A DNA stretch of 62,476 nt, the filler included, from Candidatus Omnitrophota bacterium (GTDB lineage Bacteria > Omnitrophota > Gorgyraeia > Zapsychrales > Zapsychraceae), in the NCBI GenBank assembly GCA_015233495.1. It is 3 parts of 3 records of this genome, joined end to end, with 100 filler letters (N's around TTAATTAATTAA, not from the genome) between each part and the next. Parts side by side here need not be neighbours in the genome. Positions count along the whole stretch, not along the records: positions 42,228 to 62,476 come from JADFXQ010000033.1; 2 more parts are not named here. The stretch is one strand, 5' to 3'. A model generated the notes under the pieces. The model did not search any database, was not told where the DNA came from, and worked only from the letters and a program-made list of their open reading frames with translations. Every line of letters starts with the position of its first letter. Within the stretch, counting starts at the first letter, position 1. Positions 60,618-62,476 of the stretch are shown piece after piece. Both the position numbers and the translations under genes were made by a program.

Positions 60618-61138
60618 TTGACCTCAAGAAATTTTTTATGCAGCGCGGAAAATACCAAATTCGCGGCTGTCTCTTGTGCCGATTCCGCTAAGGAGACAAT
60701 CTCCAGACGCACCACAGTGGGACTCTCTTCTCTAAAGAACACCCCGGCTTCCGTTGTGTCAATATGCCCAGGGAGTCCCACAAAAACGATCAACCCTTTA
60801 ATGCGATTTTGGCTAAAAATGTTCAAATTGATTTCTTTTGCTTTTTCTTCGGAAGGGTCAACGCTTTTCTTTGCGTCAGACGGCAATGGCTTCGTTTTGG
60901 CAGTGGCTCCCAAAGCGATGACCGCGTCGAAACAGTCATCAAAGGAACATTGAAAACGCTTCACCTCGGCAGTAGACCGTTTTTTTTCTAATGCATAGGT
61001 CGATGTTCCTAAAATTGTTTTAACCGGCTGAACGATATAAGAGCAGCCGTAAAAAACCGCGCTGACCAGCAAAAACATTAACCGGGATCTTGACTTCACC
61101 GCTTCCCCTCTCTTTAAAAAATAAATTCCATCCCGCAT
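60614..61138 (-). CDS. Hypothetical lipoprotein
   Basis: Hydrophobic stretch ending FYGC; start uncertain. Confidence 0.55.
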   Translation of the reverse strand: MRDGIYFLKRGEAVKSRSRLMFLLVSAVFYGCSYIVQPVKTILGTSTYALEKKRSTAEVKRFQCSFDDCFDAVIALGATAKTKPLPSDAKKSVDPSEEKAKEINLNIFSQNRIKGLIVFVGLPGHIDTTEAGVFFREESPTVVRLEIVSLAESAQETAANLVFSALHKKFLEVK

Positions 61139-61149
61139 CCCCCGCGGAT

Positions 61150-61611
61150 TTAACCATAAACAAAAATAGCGTTAAGAACATCATGCCGCCCAATAATCCC
61201 GGCCAATTTCCCGTCCTTCATCACCGGAAAAGAATGGATATTCCATTTCACGATCGCCTCCACAATTTCTTGCAGGGTGGTTTGGGGAGTGATCGCGACC
61301 AATTTCGAAGTCATGATCTGGGCAACGGGACAATTTTTACATTTCGCCAAAGTTTCGGCGAAATCTTGTCCCCGCAAATCTTCCGGAAGCTGCTCGCGAT
61401 TTTTCGCAATCTTATCAAGGAACATAAAAAAATCCGTCAGCGTGACTATGCCTAAAATTTTTCCGTTCTTGTCCGTCACCGGATACCCACTGACCCGTTC
61501 GCGCAGCAACAAATGCGCCACTTGCGCAACCGGCATATCCGCAGGCACAACAATCACATTCTCGGTCATTATATCTTCCGCGTGGATCTTCGAGAGCATT
61601 TTCACCTCCAT
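61150..61611 (-). CDS. CBS-domain pair protein
   Basis: DIMT, SGYPV, GIVT, QIMT, SFPV, GII. Confidence 0.92.
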   Translation of the reverse strand: MEVKMLSKIHAEDIMTENVIVVPADMPVAQVAHLLLRERVSGYPVTDKNGKILGIVTLTDFFMFLDKIAKNREQLPEDLRGQDFAETLAKCKNCPVAQIMTSKLVAITPQTTLQEIVEAIVKWNIHSFPVMKDGKLAGIIGRHDVLNAIFVYG

Positions 61612-62460
61612 TTAAGTGGTGTGCCGTTGCATCAGGCGCTGCTGGCTTTCACAAATTTTTTCCAAGCCGATGGCTTGAGCCCTAACCTTACTCAACTCAT
61701 ATTGCAACAGCTTTTCCCGGGACGCTGACCGAGCGACCATTTCTTTCAACTGCTGCATTTCCTTGATGATTGCCTCGCTTGGTTCCTTTAACGGCGCATC
61801 GCCGTCCACAGGGCGCAATTGTAAAATACGGCTCTCCAATTCTTTGATCTTGGCGTCTTTTTCCGCTAAAAGCTGCTGGTGTTCGGCGTCTTTTTGCCGT
61901 TCATCCGCCAACCGGACATCCAATTCCGCCCGCCATTGCGCGGCCCGCTGTTGAGCATCCGAAATTTTTTCTTCCAGTACCGTGATTTCCTCGCGGGATT
62001 GGGTGACATCATTAATTAATTTCTCGCGTTCTGACTCAAATTGTTTTTTAAGCGAGGCGTGTTCTTTAATCAGCCGAGCTTCCACCGACGGCGCGTCCAA
62101 CTTAGTCTGATCCCGGGCAGTTATCTGCTGTTCCCAAACTGCGGATTTTTGTTTCTCCGCTAATAACATCTGCTCCAAACGACTGTTCTCTTGATTCACC
62201 TTTTCCAAAGCGGCACGCGCTTGCGCCAGCTCCGCTGCCAATTCCGTTGCCGGTTTTTCGGCTGCATCCGCTTTGATTTCTTCCGACTTGGCCTTTGCCG
62301 AACCTAAGGCTGCAATCAATTCCGCATTTTCCTGCCGGAGTTTATCAATGAGCGCCGACAAATCATTTCCCGCGAATTTAATCGGTTCTCCCGACATATC
62401 CGGTGGCTTGACATTGCTCTCCTTTACCATCGGCTCCGGCTCCATCCTCTCTTGTTTCAA
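61612..62460 (-). CDS. Coiled-coil hypothetical protein (start uncertain, near window edge)
   Basis: Long E/K/Q/A-rich heptad pattern. Confidence 0.6.
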   Translation of the reverse strand: MKQERMEPEPMVKESNVKPPDMSGEPIKFAGNDLSALIDKLRQENAELIAALGSAKAKSEEIKADAAEKPATELAAELAQARAALEKVNQENSRLEQMLLAEKQKSAVWEQQITARDQTKLDAPSVEARLIKEHASLKKQFESEREKLINDVTQSREEITVLEEKISDAQQRAAQWRAELDVRLADERQKDAEHQQLLAEKDAKIKELESRILQLRPVDGDAPLKEPSEAIIKEMQQLKEMVARSASREKLLQYELSKVRAQAIGLEKICESQQRLMQRHTT

Positions 62461-62476
62461 AAACTTAATCTCCTCA

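Overview
This window is bacterial draft-genome sequence of moderate GC. It is at least three contigs joined by artificial N44-TTAATTAATTAA-N44 linkers (21152-21251, 42128-42227), with a further 10-N gap at 521-530. The 16S 5' fragment and the secreted-protein motifs suggest the PVC superphylum, probably Omnitrophota (inference). Contig 1 carries housekeeping genes (metH, dac, dsbA, a divergent stand-alone rpmA, glmS, rsmI, and trmB interrupted by an in-frame TAG). It also has an AAA-DUF4143/vapBC patch and a low-GC island with secreted Cys-rich and fibre-like proteins, an internally deleted IS1380-like element, a nucleotidyltransferase pair with a double operator, and a half tRNA-Arg(ACG). Contig 2 carries the tail of a giant 'ASSP'-motif protein, a GH161-like phosphorylase, a full moxR-bat operon, tRNA-Arg(CCG) and a NYN pseudogene. 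Contig 3 starts with a 16S fragment, followed by the main discovery candidate, a ~15.4 kb co-directional cluster. It couples an aromatic type II PKS (KS, atypical CLF, ACP, two cyclases, SDR, MFS, amidohydrolase) to a nucleoside phosphorylase, two MtnA-like isomerases, an aldolase-SCP2 fusion, an aldehyde dehydrogenase and an acyl-CoA ligase. This looks like a repurposed 5'-deoxynucleoside (DHAP-shunt) pathway wired to polyketide synthesis. GTAG-type REPs and several MITE-like palindromes are scattered throughout. All calls come from motif recognition by eye; no database searches were run.
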